64,000 nt of DNA from Nemertoderma westbladi (lineage: Eukaryota; Animalia; Xenacoelomorpha): the NCBI GenBank assembly GCA_032718475.1, contig JAUCBJ010006685.1, forward strand, positions 27,291 through 91,290, written 5' to 3'. Shown one piece after another: positions 1-13,216 of this stretch (its first letter is position 1; each line of letters begins with the position of its first letter). The notes below the pieces were generated by a model. The model was not told the origin of the DNA and did no database searches. It saw nothing but the letters and a program-made list of their open reading frames with translations. Made by a program: the position numbers and the translations under genes.

Positions 1-3000
1 ACGAGAATGGAAAGGAACACTTTGCAGCGTTCCTTTCCATGGTAGAAACCTACAAGAATGGAAAGGAACACTTTGCAGTGTTCGTTTCCACGGTAGAAAC
101 CTACGAGAATGGAAGGGAACATTTTGCAGTGCTCCTTTCCACGGTAGAAACCTACGAGAATGGAAAGGAACACTTTGCAGTGTTCGTTTCCACAGTAGAA
201 ACCTACGAGAATGGAAAGGAACACTTTGCAGTGTTAATTTCCATGGTAGAAACCTACGAGAATGGAAAGGAACACTTTGCAGTGTTAATTTCCACGGTAG
301 AAACCTACCAGAATGGAAAGGAACACTTTGCAGTGTTAATTTCCACGGTAGAAACCTACGAGAATGGAAAGGAACAGTTTGCAGTGTTAATTTCCACGGT
401 AGAAACCTACGAGAATGGAAAGGAACACTTTGCAGTGTTCGTTTCCACGGTAGAAACCTATGAGAATAGAAATGGACACTTTGCAGTGTTTGTTTCCACG
501 GTAGAAACCTACGAGAATGGAAAGGAACACTTTGCAGTGTTCGTTTCCACGGTAGAAACCTACGAGAATGGAAAGGAACACTTTGCAGTGTTAATTTCCA
601 CGGTAGAAACCTACGAGAATGGAAAGGAACACTTTGCAGTGTTAGTTTCCACAGTAGAAACCTACGAGAATTGCAGCGTTCCTTTCCATGGTAGAAACCT
701 ACGAGAATGGAAAGGAACATTTTGCAGTGTTAATTTCCACGGTAGAAACCTACAAGAATGGAAAGGAACATTTTGCAGTGTTAATTTCCACGGTAGAAAC
801 CTACAAGAATGGAAAGGAACACTTTGCAGTGTTCGTTTCCACGGTAGAAACCTACGAGAATGGAAAGGAACATTTTGCAGTGTTAATTTCCATGGTAGAA
901 ACCTACGAGAATGGAAAGGAACACTTTGCAGTGTTAGTTTCCACAGTAGAAACCTACGAGAATTGCAGCGTTCCTTTCCATGGTAGAAACCTACGAGAAT
1001 GGAAAGGAACACTTTGCAGTGTTCGTTTCCACAGTAGAAACCTACGAGAATGAAAAGGAACACTTTGCAGCGTTCCTTTCCATGGTAGAAACCTACGAGA
1101 ATGGAAAGGAACATTTTGCAGTGTTAATTTCCACGGTAGAAACCTACGAGAATGGAAAGGAACACTTTGCAGTGTTAATTTCCACGGTAGAAACCTACAA
1201 GAATGGAAAGGAACACTTTGCAGTGTTAATTTCCACGGTAGAAACCTACGAGAATGGAAAGGAACATTTTGCAGTGTTAATTTCCACGGTAGAAACCTAC
1301 GAGAATGGAAAGGAACACTTTGCAGTGTTAATTTCCACGGTAGAAACCTACGAGAATGGAAAGGAACATTTTGTAGTGTTAATTTCCACGGTAGAAACCT
1401 ACGAGAATGGAAAGGAACACTTTGCAGTGTTCGTTTCCACAGTAGAAACCTACAAGAATGAAAAGGAACACTTTGCAGCGTTCCTGTCCACGGTAGAAAC
1501 CTACGAGATTGGAAAGGAACACTTTGCAGCGTTCGTTTCCACGGTAGAAACCTACGAGAATGGAAAGGAACACTTTGCAGCGTTCGTTTCCACGGTAGAA
1601 ACCTACGAGAATGGAAAGGAACATTTTGCAGTGTTCGTTTTCACGATAGAAACCTACGAGAATGGAAAGGAGCACATGGAAAGGAACATTTTGCAGAGTT
1701 AATTTCCATGGTAGAAACCTACGAGAATGGAAAGGAACACTTTGCAGTGTTAATTTCCACGGTAGAAACCTACGAGAATGGAAAGGAACATTTTGCAGAG
1801 TTAATTTCCATGGTAGAAACCTACGAGAATGGAAAGGAACACTTTGCAGTGTTAATTTCCACGGTAGAAACCTACGAGAATGGAAAGGAACATTTTGCAG
1901 TGTTAATTTCCACGGTAGAAACCTACAAGAATGGAAAGGAACACTTTGCAGTGTTCGTTTCCACGGTAGAAACCTACGAGAATGGAAAGGAACATTTTGC
2001 AGTGTTCGTTTCCACAGTAGAAACCTACGAGAATGGAAAGGAACACTTTGCAGTGTTAATTTCCACGGTAGAAACCTACGAGAATGGAAAGGAACACTTT
2101 GCAGTGTTAATTTCCACGGTAGAAACCTACGAGAATGGAAAGGAACATTTTGCAGTGTTAATTTCCACGGTAGAAACCTACGAGAATGGAAAGGAACATT
2201 TTGCAGTGTTCGTTTCCACGGTAGAAACCTACAAGAATGGAAAGGAACACTTTGCAGTGTTCGTTTCCACGGTAGAAACCTACGAGAATGGAAAGGAACA
2301 TTTTGCAGTGTTCGTTTCCACAGTAGAAACCTACGAGAATGGAAAGGAACACTTTGCAGTGTTAATTTCCACGGTAGAAACCTACGAGAATGGAAAGGAA
2401 CACTTTGCAGTGTTAATTTCCACGGTAGAAACCTACGAGAATGGAAAGGAACATTTTGCAGTGTTAATTTCCACGGTAGAAACCTACGAGAATGGAAAGG
2501 AACATTTTGCAGTGTTTGTTTCCACAGTAGAAACCTACGAGAATGGAAAGGAACACTTTGCAGTGTTAATTTCCACGGTAGAAACCTACGAGAATGGAAA
2601 GGAACACTTTGCAGTGTTCGTTTCCACGGTAGAAACCTACGAGAATGGAAAGGAACATTTTGCAGTGTTAATTTCCACGGTAGAAACCTACAAGAATGGA
2701 AAGGAACACTTTGCAGTGTTCGTTTCCACGGTAGAAACCTACGAGAATGGAAAGGAACATTTTGCAGTGTTCGTTTCCACAGTAGAAACCTACGAGAATG
2801 GAAAGGAACACTTTGCAGTGTTAATTTCCACGGTAGAAACCTACGAGAATGGAAAGGAACACTTTGCAGTGTTAATTTCCACGGTAGAAACTTACAAGAA
2901 TGGAAAGGAACATTTTGCAGTGTTAATTTCCACGGTAGAAACCTACGAGAATGGAAAGGAACACTTTGCAGTGTTAGTTTCCACAGTAGAAACCTACGAG

Positions 3001-6000
3001 AATTGCAGCGTTCCTTTCCATGGTAGAAACCTACGAGAATGGAAAGGAACATTTTGCAGTGTTAATTTCCACGGTAGAAACCTACAAGAATGGAAAGGAA
3101 CACTTTGCAGTGTTTGTTTCCACAGTAGAAACCTACGAGAATGGAAAGGAACACTTTGCAGTGTTCGTTTCCACAGTAGAAACCTATGAGAATGAAAAGG
3201 AACACTTTGCAGCGTTCCTTTCCATGGTAGAAACCTACGAGAATGGAAAGGAACATTTTGCAGTGTTAATTTCCACGGTAGAAACCTATGAGAATGAAAA
3301 GGAACACTTTGCAGCGTTCCTTTCCATGGTAGAAACCTACGAGAATGGAAAGGAACATTTTGCAGTGTTAATTTCCACGGTAGAAACCTACGAGAATGGA
3401 AAGGAACATTTTGCAGTGTTTTTTCCACGGTAGAAACCTACAAGAATGGAAAGGAACACTTTGCAGTGTTAATTTCCACGGTAGAAACCTACGAGAATGG
3501 AAAGGAACACTTTGCAGTGTTAATTTCCACGGTAGAAACCTACGAGAATGGAAAGGAACATTTTGCAGTGTTTTTTCCACGGTAGAAACCTACGAGAATG
3601 GAAAGGAACACTTTGCAGTGTTAATTTCCACGGTAGAAACTTACAAGAATGGAAAGGAACATTTTGCAGTGTTAATTTCCACGGTAGAAACCTACGAGAA
3701 TGGAAAGGAACACTTTGCAGTGTTAGTTTCCACAGTAGAAACCTACGAGAATTGCAGCGTTCCTTTCCATGGTAGAAACCTACGAGAATGGAAAGGAACA
3801 TTTTGCAGTGTTAATTTCCACGGTAGAAACCTACAAGAATGGAAAGGAACACTTTGCAGTGTTTGTTTCCACAGTAGAAACCTACGAGAATGGAAAGGAA
3901 CACTTTGCAGCAGTGTTCGTTTCCACAGTAGAAACCTATGAGAATGAAAAGGAACACTTTGCAGCGTTCCTTTCCATGGTAGAAACCTACGAGAATGGAA
4001 AGGAACATTTTGCAGTGTTAATTTCCACGGTAGAAACCTATGAGAATGAAAAGGAACACTTTGCAGCGTTCCTTTCCATGGTAGAAACCTACGAGAATGG
4101 AAAGGAACATTTTGCAGTGTTAATTTCCACGGTAGAAACCTACGAGAATGGAAAGGAACATTTTGCAGTGTTTTTTCCACGGTAGAAACCTACAAGAATG
4201 GAAAGGAACACTTTGCAGTGTTAATTTCCACGGTAGAAACCTACGAGAATGGAAAGGAACACTTTGCAGTGTTAATTTCCACGGTAGAAACCTACGAGAA
4301 TGGAAAGGAACATTTTGCAGTGTTTTTTCCACGGTAGAAACCTACGAGAATGGAAAGGAACACTTTGCAGTGTTAATTTCCACGGTAGAAACCTACGAGA
4401 ATGGAAAGGAACATTTTGTAGTGTTAATTTCCACGGTAGAAACCTACGAGAATGGAAAGGAACACTTTGCAGTGTTAATTTCCACGGTAGAAACCTACGA
4501 GAATGGAAAGGAACATTTTGCAGTGTTAATTTCCACGGTAGAAACCTACGAGAATGGAAAGGAACACTTTGCAGTGTTAATTTCCACGGTAGAAACCTAC
4601 GAGAATGGAAAGGAACATTTTGTAGTGTTAATTTCCACGGTAGAAACCTACGAGAATGGAAAGGAACACTTTGCAGTGTTCGTTTCCACAGTAGAAACCT
4701 ACAAGAATGAAAAGGAACACTTTGCAGCGTTCCTTTCCACGGTAGAAACCTACGAGATTGGAAAGGAACACTTTGCAGCGTTCGTTTCCACGGTAGAAAC
4801 CTACGAGAATGGAAAGGAACACTTTGCAGTGTTCGTTTCCACGGTAGAAACCTACGAGAATGGAAAGGAACATTTTGCAGAGTTAATTTCCATGGTAGAA
4901 ACCTACGAGAATGGAAAGGAACACTTTGCAGTGTTAATTTCCACGGTAGAAACCTACGAGAATGGAAAGGAACATTTTGCAGTGTTAATTTCCACGGTAG
5001 AAACCTACGAGAATGGAAAGGAACACTTTGCAGTGTTCGTTTCCACAGTAGAAACCTACAAGAATGAAAAGGAACACTTTGCAGCGTTCCTTTAGATGGT
5101 AGAAACCTACGAGAATGGAAAGGAACATTTTGCAGTGTTCCTTTCCATGGTAGAAACCTACGAGAATGGAAAGGAACACTTCGCAGTGTTCCTTTCCATG
5201 GTAGAAACCTACGAGATTGGAAAGGAACACTTTGCAGTGTTCATTTCCATGGTAGAAACCTACGAGAATGGAAAGGAAAACTTTGCAGTGTTTGTTTCCA
5301 TGGTAGAAACCTACGAGAATGGAAAGGAACACTTTGCAGTGTTCCTTTCCATGGTAGAAACCTACGAGATTGGAAAGGAACACTTTGCAGTGTTCGTTTC
5401 CATGGTAGAAACCTATGAGAATGGAAAGGAACATTTTGCAGTGTTCGTTTTCATGATAGAAACCTACGAGAATGGAAAGAAACACTTTGCAGTGTTCGTT
5501 TCCACGGTAGAAACCTACGAGAATGGAAAGGAACACTTTGCTGTATTCCTTTCCATGGTAGAAACCTACGAGATTGGAAAGGAACACTTTGCAGTGTTCC
5601 TTTCCATGGTAGAAACCTACGAGATTGGAAAGGAACACTTTGCAGTGTTCCTTTCCATGGTAGAAACCTACGAGATTGGAAAGGAACACTTTGCAGTGTT
5701 CCTTTCCATGGTAGAAACCTACGAGAATGGAAAGGAACACTTTGCAGTGTTCCTTTCCATGGTAGAAACCTACGAGATTGGAAAGGAACACTTTGCAGTG
5801 TTCGTTTCCATGGTAGACACCTACGAGAATGGAAAGGAACATTTTGCAGTGTTCGTTTTCACGATAGAAACCTACGAGATTGGAAAGGAACACTTTGCAG
5901 TGTTCGTTTCCACGGTAGAAACCTATGAGAATGGAAAGGAACACTTTGCAGTGTTCGTTTCCACAGTAGAAACCTACGAGAATGAAAAGGAAAAGGAACA

Positions 6001-6085
6001 CTTTGCAGCGTTCCTTTCCATGGTAGAAACCTACGAGAATGGAAAGGAACACTTTACAGCGTTCGTTTCCATGGTAGAAACCTAC
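1..6085. repeat. Satellite A, 51-bp monomer tandem array (left part; continues off window start)
   Basis: Monomer ~GGTAGAAACCTACGAGAATGGAAAGGAACACTTTGCAGTGTT(AA/CG/CC)TTTCCA(C/T) repeats head-to-tail; matches the 17-aa period (STVETYENGKEHFAVLI) in the ORF track. Confidence 0.98.
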
Positions 6086-8300
6086 TACTACTACTACTAG
6101 GATCGGCATGCTGCATTGCAGCTGCATTTTTAAGAATGCTGTGCCGGCTTGTCAACAAAATTGCACCACCACAACTCCCTATCACCCATGACATTTGCTA
6201 GATCATCCGCATCTTTAAGGCCAGTGTCCTTTAAGATGCGTCTCAAGAAAGTCATGAGCTGTCCACCATGCTTATTCACTCCATGAGGCTGCCAAAGTAC
6301 AAGATTATGCACTGGCTGGTCCTCACGGCGAAAGCAATGTCCTGCAAAGCGGAGGCGATTTTGTTCTAGTGTCAAGCTTGGGGGAACCAATGACACACCT
6401 CCAATGTTATATAGTGTCTGGTTGGAGATGTGTGCATTGTACTTGACACAATGTACCCGGCGTAGCATTCTTGTGAATGTGCCATCCAGAGATTTGGTGT
6501 CCTCAGCACTTAGAGCCCAGCATGGACTCCCGTAGAGGAGTACTGGAACTACTGCTGCTCTAAATAATCGGACCTTAAGTTTCCGATTAATTCTAGGTGA
6601 CTTCCAAATCCTGGAAAGCCTATTCAAGGCTGCCCATGCCTTTCCCTTACGTATTCGAAGGTCCTCACCTGACTTCCGGATCCATGATCCCAGGTAACAG
6701 AAGTCGTCCACATGCTCAAGCATACCATTCTTTGAGCTTATGCTCATCCGATCAGAGACTTGCTGAGGACTTTCAAAGTTAACTGTCAGAATTTTGGTCT
6801 TTCTGGAGTTAATAAAAAGACCAAAACTAGAAGCAGCATGTTCTAATGAGCTGAGGAGCCGCTGGGCTCCCTCTAATGATTCTGAGAGTACTCCTAAGTC
6901 ATCAGCAAAGTCTAGATCAGTTAGGTACTTGGCAGGATTTCCTCGACTTCTGGAGCCAGTTGGTGGAGTTATCATCACCCCATCATCATTATGATGATCT
7001 AAGGACATGCGTAGAACATAGTCAACCACAATAATGAACAAGAATGGTGCAAGTGTGTCTCCTTGGAGGACGCCCCATAACACTTCAAATGGTTCTGTGT
7101 CACCGTCAACGGTAGACACAAATGTTGTCGAACCATCATATACTGATCTGATTGCTGCAATAATTTCATCAGGAATCCCATATAATGAAAGTATGCTGAA
7201 CATACGTGAGCGAGAGACTGAATCAAAGGCCTTGAAGAAGTCAACAAAGATAACAGCCAGATGCCTGTCTTTCTTTTTTGATAATTCTTCAATTATCCTT
7301 CTAAGTGCCAAAATGGGCTCCATGGTCCCACGACCTTTACGGAACCCATTCTGATTTCCACGTAGCAGTCTCTCAATGGGATTCCTGATGCGATTTAATA
7401 GAATTCTATTGTATAGTTTTGCAGCAATCGAGATCAATGAAATTCCCCGAAAAGAACCATAGAGTGTTAGGTTGCCCTTCTTGGGAACTGGCACCAACTT
7501 ATTTGTTTTCATTTCTTGTGGGACTCTTGTTGTACGGTACATGTCTACTATGATGGGATAGATGAGCTTTAAACACTCAGGTATTTTAAAGACCTCAGGG
7601 GGAACACCATCTACTCCACTGGCACGATTGGTCTTAATGCTCTTTGCAGCAGCCTTCACTTCTGCAAAGGAGATATCGCCAATGGGAATATCTGGGAGTA
7701 CAGACTCAGACACTTTTACTTCTATAAAGTTATCAGGCAATACCCTGTCATTATTGAGGAGCTTTTCAAAGTGGGCTTTCCAACCATTGAGGCGATCGGC
7801 TGGTGATTCAGCCTTAACCTTGGTGGTTGGTTGGCTTTTCCGCCCAGTAAGCAGATTGATCGATTTCCATGCCTGGGATGATTGCCTGCTGTCGTCAGCA
7901 TCATTGATGGCATCAACCTGTTGGTTTATTAGCTCCTGTAGATTAACAGAGTACTGCCTGTTCAGGGACCTAGATGCAGCTTTAACTGCATTCTTGGCCG
8001 CTGTAGTCTGTTTGAGTCGGGACTCTTTCTGCGCCTTATGAAGTTCATTTCGGCACTTCTGAATTTTGTTGTCAGTCCAGGGGGCCCTTTTCCTGTTTCG
8101 AGGGTATACAGGAACTGTTTCTGCAGCTGCTAACTTAACTGCTTCTGTAAAGGCAGTATAGCCCTCACAGTGATCTGCCACCTCAGAGGCAAGAGCCTCA
8201 TACCTGTTGCTCAGCTGTAGTGTGAAGCTGGATCTCACACTTGGCTGTTGCAACAGAGAGGACCAGTCATGCCGTGGGAAGGCAGATTTCGTTGTTCTGC
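6086..8300 (-). mobile_element. 5'-truncated non-LTR retrotransposon (RTE-like LINE) inserted in satellite A
   Basis: RT ORF, ~30-nt 3' UTR, (TAG)n tail (plus strand (CTA)n at 6082-6099), flanking duplication GGTAGAAACCTAC at 6073-6085 and 8301-8313. Confidence 0.93.
6130..8300 (-). pseudogene. LINE ORF2 remnant: uninterrupted reverse transcriptase and C-terminus, APE endonuclease lost by 5' truncation
   Basis: Motifs VPVPKKG, FRGISL, QNGFRKGR, FVDFFKAFDSV, GVLQGDTLAPFLF, DLDFADDL, FCYLGS, LRFAGH in the C-terminal ~720 aa of ORF 6130..9426; the N-terminal part of that ORF is satellite read-through. Confidence 0.92.
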
Positions 8301-9980
8301 GGTAGAAACCTACGAGAATGGAAAGGAACACTTTGCAGTGTTCGTTTCCACAGTAGAAACCTACGAGAATGAAAAGGAAAAGGAACACTTTGCAGCGTTC
8401 CTTTCCATGGTAGAAACCTACGAGAATGGAAAGGAACACTTTGCAGTGTTCGTTTCCACAGTAGAAACCTACGAGAATGAAAAGGAAAAGGAACACTTTG
8501 CAGCGTTCCTTTCCATGGTAGAAACCTACGAGAATGGAAAGGAACACTTTACAGCGTTCGTTTCCATGGTAGAAACCTACGAGAATGGAAAGGAACACTT
8601 TGCAGTGTTCGTTTCCACGGTAGAAACCTACGAGAATGGAAAGCAACACTTTGCAGTGTTCGTTTCCACGGTAGAAACCTACGAGAATGGAAAGGAACAC
8701 TTTGCAGTGTTCGTTTCCACGGTAGAAACCTACGAGAATGGAAAGGAACACTTTGCAGTGTTCGTTTCCATGGTAGAAACCTACGAGAATGGAAAGGAAC
8801 ACTTTGCAGTGTTCGTTTCCACAGTAGAAACCTACGAGAATGAAAAGGAAAAGGAACACTTTGCAGCGTTCCTTTCCATGGTAGAAACCTACGAGAATGG
8901 AAAGGAACACTTTACAGCGTTCGTTTCCATGGTAGAAACCTACGAGAATGGAAAGGAACACTTTGCAGTGTTCGTTTCCACGGTAGAAACCTACAAGAAT
9001 GGAAAGCAACACTTTGCAGTGTTCGTTTCCACGGTAGAAACCTACGAGAATGGAAAGGAACACTTTGCAGTGTTCGTTTCCACGGTAGAAACCTACGAGA
9101 ATGGAAAGGAACACTTTGCAGTGTTCGTTTCCACAGTAGAAACCTACGAGAATGAAAAGGAAAAGGAACACTTTGCAGCGTTCCTTTCCATGGTAGAAAC
9201 CTACGAGAATGGAAAGGAACACTTTACAGCGTTCGTTTCCATGGTAGAAACCTACGAGAATGGAAAGGAACACTTTGCAGTGTTCGTTTCCACGGTAGAA
9301 ACCTACGAGAATGGAAAGCAACACTTTGCAGTGTTCGTTTCCACGGTAGAAACCTACGAGAATGGAAAGGAACAATTTGCAGTGTTCGTTTCCACGGTAG
9401 AAACCTACGAGAATGGAAAGGAACAATTTGCAGTGTTAATTTCCATGGTAGAAACCTACGAGAATGGAAAGGAACACTTTGTAGTGTTCATTTCCACGGT
9501 AGAAACCTACGAGAATGGAAAGGAACACTTTGCAGCGTTCGTTTCCATGGTAGAAACGTACGAGAATGGAAAGGAACACTTTGCAGCATTCGTTTCCACG
9601 GTAGAAATCTATGAGAATGGAAAGGAACACTTTGCAGTGTTCCTTTCCATGGTAGAAACCTACAAGATTGGAAAGGAACACTTTGCAGCATTCGTTTCCA
9701 TGGTAGAAACCTACGAGATTGGAAAGGAACACTTTGCAGCATTTGTTTCCATGGTAGAAACCTACGAGAATGGAAAGGAACATTTTGCAGTGTTCATTTT
9801 CACGATAGAAACCTACGAGAATGGAAAGGAACACTTTACAGTGTTTGTTTCCACGGTAGAAACCTATGAGAATGGAAAGGAACATTTTGCAGTGTTCGTT
9901 TTCACGGTAGAAACCTACGAGAATTGAAAGGAACATTTTGCAGTGTTCGTTTTCACGATAGAAACCTAAGAGAATGGAAA
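8301..9980. repeat. Satellite A, 51-bp array (right part, includes 57-bp variant units; degenerates at edge)
   Basis: Same monomer resumes at the TSD; the GAAAAGGAAAAGG 57-bp variant occurs on both sides of the LINE (~5985; 8371, 8479, 8842, 9154). Confidence 0.98.
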
Positions 9981-9995
9981 TGAGGAAATGAGGAT

Positions 9996-10235
9996 GGCCA
10001 GTGTCATTTAAGATGCATCTCAAGAAAGTCATGGGCTGTCCACCATGCTTATTCACTCCATGAGGTTGCCAAAGTACAAGATTATGCACTGGCTGGTCCT
10101 CACGGCGAAAACAATGTCCTGCAAAGCGGAGGCGATTTTGTTCTAGGGGGAAGGAACCAATGAGACACCTCCAATGTTATATAGTGTCTGGTTGGAGATG
10201 TGTGCATTGTACTTGACACAATGAACCCAGCGTAG
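9996..10235 (-). mobile_element. Diverged fragment of the same RTE-like LINE family
   Basis: Aligns by eye to 6219-6465 with substitutions and small indels (HNLVLWQPHGVNKHGGQ peptide shared). Confidence 0.9.
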
Positions 10236-10370
10236 TTCAGTCCAAAATTAATTAGTACAACGATGGACAGATTGATTAGTCTTACTGCCATCTGGTCTTA
10301 GCTCAATCAGTCAATGTAATACTTGAAATATTTTTTAAAGTTTGTTCCGGGCATCTGCAGTATCAATTGC

Positions 10371-10445
10371 AGAAGCCGAACTGAACCGAAATTGCCAAAC
10401 TTCGGCCCGAACCGAACCGAAGCCGAAGCTTCTGTTGAGCCCTAC
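10371..10445 (-). mobile_element. Possible DNA-transposon (hAT/MITE-like) terminus with CCGAA subterminal repeats
   Basis: Clustered GAACCGAA/GCCGAA motifs ending in GAGCCCTA (TAGGGCTC on minus), a pattern resembling hAT ends; no partner TIR found. Confidence 0.3.
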
Positions 10446-10964
10446 AGCCCTAGGGCCTAGAGCCCTAGTCCAGAGCAATATCTCCATTATTTAAGAATCA
10501 ATCAGTCAATCGAAACTAAATTTGGACAAGAGGTAGAAATAGGCATGACGACGGATCATACAGAAAATTTAGGTGTTGAGATGATATTTGTGCAATGCGA
10601 GCGCTATTATTAGGGTGGTAAACAATTATTGCATTAGCATTAGACAGCAGTAAATTTGAATTTTGTAGTAGTTGTTACCGGTCCTCTGGTCAGCCGGTAG
10701 GCCAATACTACTACTGTCCTACAATATTGCTGTACTGCAGTACTGGTGTATTGTTCTGATATAAGTAGGACCGTGAACCCGCCAGACTTGCCAGCTTGTG
10801 TATATTTTTTATTGTTTTAGAGTTGTGACACTTGAGGTTGAAGGTATGCGACCAACTAATTCTACACTTGACGGTCATTTTCAGGTGAGTTTATTTAGTA
10901 AACAAATACAGGTATATATGCAATATGAAATATCGAAAGTTTTAAGCATCAAGTAAAAAATTAC

Positions 10965-11284
10965 TATATGGACCACATTAATATCAGTTAATTTTAATAT
11001 TTTGTTGTCGTGTATACTGTATATGGACCACATTGATATCAGTTAATTTGAATATTTTGTTGTCGTGTATACTGTATATGGACCACATTGATATCAGTTA
11101 ATTTTAATATTTTGTTGTCGTGTATACTGTATATGGACCACATTGATATCAGTTAATTTTAATATTTTGTTGTCGTGTATACTGTATATGGACCGCATTG
11201 ATATCAGTTAATTTTAATATTTTGTTGTCGTGTATACTGTATATGGACCACATTGATATCAGTTAATTTTAATATTTTGTTGTC
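10965..11284. repeat. 55-bp minisatellite, ~5.8 copies
   Basis: GGACC at 10970, 11025, 11080, 11135, 11190, 11245; unit TATATGGACCACATTGATATCAGTTAATTTTAATATTTTGTTGTCGTGTATACTG. Confidence 0.95.
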
Positions 11285-11635
11285 ATTGTAATTTTAAATT
11301 ATTTGACGTACCTTAATTACTGTATGTTAAATTATTTTACTAATATTTAACTCCTGTATTTTATTTGATATTCTATTTGCGTGTTTCCTATTTTACATCA
11401 CTTGCATGACCTACTATAGTACAATATGTTCATAATCTATATGCTTTTATAATTTTTTTATAACTGATATTGTACCAGTGTTTTGTAATTTTTTTTAAAA
11501 TAATTTTAGTTATTTTTTTTTAATAATGTTATAATACGGCTTTTTTTTAATAATGCATGCTATTTGTACTTAACCTTTTTATATCATCTGCCCGGAAATA
11601 TACATTGAAATTCATTATTTTTAATATTTTAAAAT

Positions 11636-12421
11636 TTATTTTTATTTATTTATTGCCATACTTAAATACAATATTGTATATAAGGCAGTTTAGAGGCAAG
11701 CCTCTTTAACTGATAATAACTGACCTCTTAAGGAGGTCAGCTGGCACTCTATCCTAATAAGTAAGTACTAAATATAAATATAAAATGCATGCAGTAAATA
11801 ATAAACCTATGAACGAAATGGTTACACAATATTTCCATGCAGAAGAGCAATATATTTATCTAGTTAATTAATTGTACGGTACTGTACTTATATTACAGGA
11901 AACTATTACATCATACATACAAAAAAAAATACAGTAATACACATGATTAATAATAAATATAATTAAGTAATTAATTGCCGGACATTATTTATTATTAAAA
12001 AATTTATTAAATTACAAAAATTCGTTTCACCGTAAATAATGTGCTCAAGCACCCAGCATTGATAGAACCCGCGTCAATTTTATTTATCCCGTTCAAATCG
12101 TGAGAGGAAATGCTTTTTTAGAGAGCCTTTAAAAGTGGAATAGTTCGTTACTAGTTGTTTTATTGTGTGCGGTAAGTCATTCCATAATTTTATGAGTTGG
12201 GTAGTTAAGCTGTAGTGCCCAAACCGGTTGTTAGTCCTTGGTAGTTTAATATTAAGGGTGCGTCTGTTAAGTAAGTCATCAGTGGTTGTATCTGGTAGGT
12301 AAGGAAGATTTAGATGTTGGAATGGGATGGATATGTTTGTTATGTACTTGGCAAAGAATAGTAACCCGAAATACTCCCGGTATGCAGAGAGTATTGGTAT
12401 TCTTGTAAAACTACTCTGCAC
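11636..12421 (-). mobile_element. 3' end of a CR1/L2-group LINE (ORF2 C-terminus, 3' UTR, (AATA)n tail)
   Basis: ORF 12080..12421 ends KLWNDLPHTIK..STFKGSLKKHF, typical of CR1/L2-group ORF2 termini; stem-loop CTGACCTC-TTAAG-GAGGTCAG at 11720-11740; (TTTA)n at ~11636-11654. Confidence 0.7.
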
Positions 12422-12657
12422 TGACGATATTGTACTTAAACTTAAATTTATTAAATTTTACCAGCACTTTTTGACTAGCACCTTGTGAATATCCGTCACC
12501 ATCAGAATTTCGACTTAATTAAAATACTTTACTTACCTAATTTTTATTTATTAGACTTATTTTTAATTTTGCCAACCTTTTACTTTTACATAATTAGCCA
12601 ATCATTGGCTACAATTAATTGTGACATTGCATGCAATTCCAAATATTTATTTTTAAT

Positions 12658-13216
12658 TGTTAGCTTATTCAATCCCGCCAACACCCCATAAAGTTATTAG
12701 CCGATAAGCAATATTGGGAGCCACGAGATTGGGCAATTAACCAACTCGTGCCATCCCAATAAGAGTGGGAAGGAAGCACACAATAGGGGTCAGGGGCCAA
12801 ACCCCTAACCAAGAGAGAACAGCAAGGGCGAAGGGAAGCACTTCAGAGGGGGGCAAAGGGTGCCAACAGGGGTATTAGCCAATGGGGGGACAGCATCGAC
12901 TAAGTACTGTAACGGCCAAACCCGTGCAATATATATTACCTGTACGGTAATCATTATAGTCAGTTTACTCAGTCAGCTATCCCAGTACAGTAAGGCAGTA
13001 CGGTGACTGTTAAGACCGTCGTCGCCACCGTCACCATATTAGCAGTATTCAGCTTTATCTACTGTGCTATCTGTATCACTCATCATTTATTATCTCAACG
13101 TTATCAGAGTTCGACAACGACACTAGAACAATTATTACCTTTTCCATTCACACGGCGGGGCGGGGACGCGTACGAAACACACCGGATAAACCGGGATCCT
13201 CTCGGATCCCGTCACA
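12658..13216 (+). repeat. 5' LTR (559 bp)
   Basis: TGTTAGCTTATTC...GATCCCGTCACA; differs from the 3' LTR only by a visible 4-nt (AT)2 indel near 12930. Confidence 0.95.

Noticed and set aside
39-9927. VETYENGKEHFAV repeat ORFs
   Set aside because: Same artefact from the 51-bp monomer; frames shift freely at indel-bearing units.
1-9980. CRISPR-like look (34-bp palindrome + 17-bp spacer)
   Set aside because: Spacers are invariant, there are no cas genes, and the context is eukaryotic retroelements.
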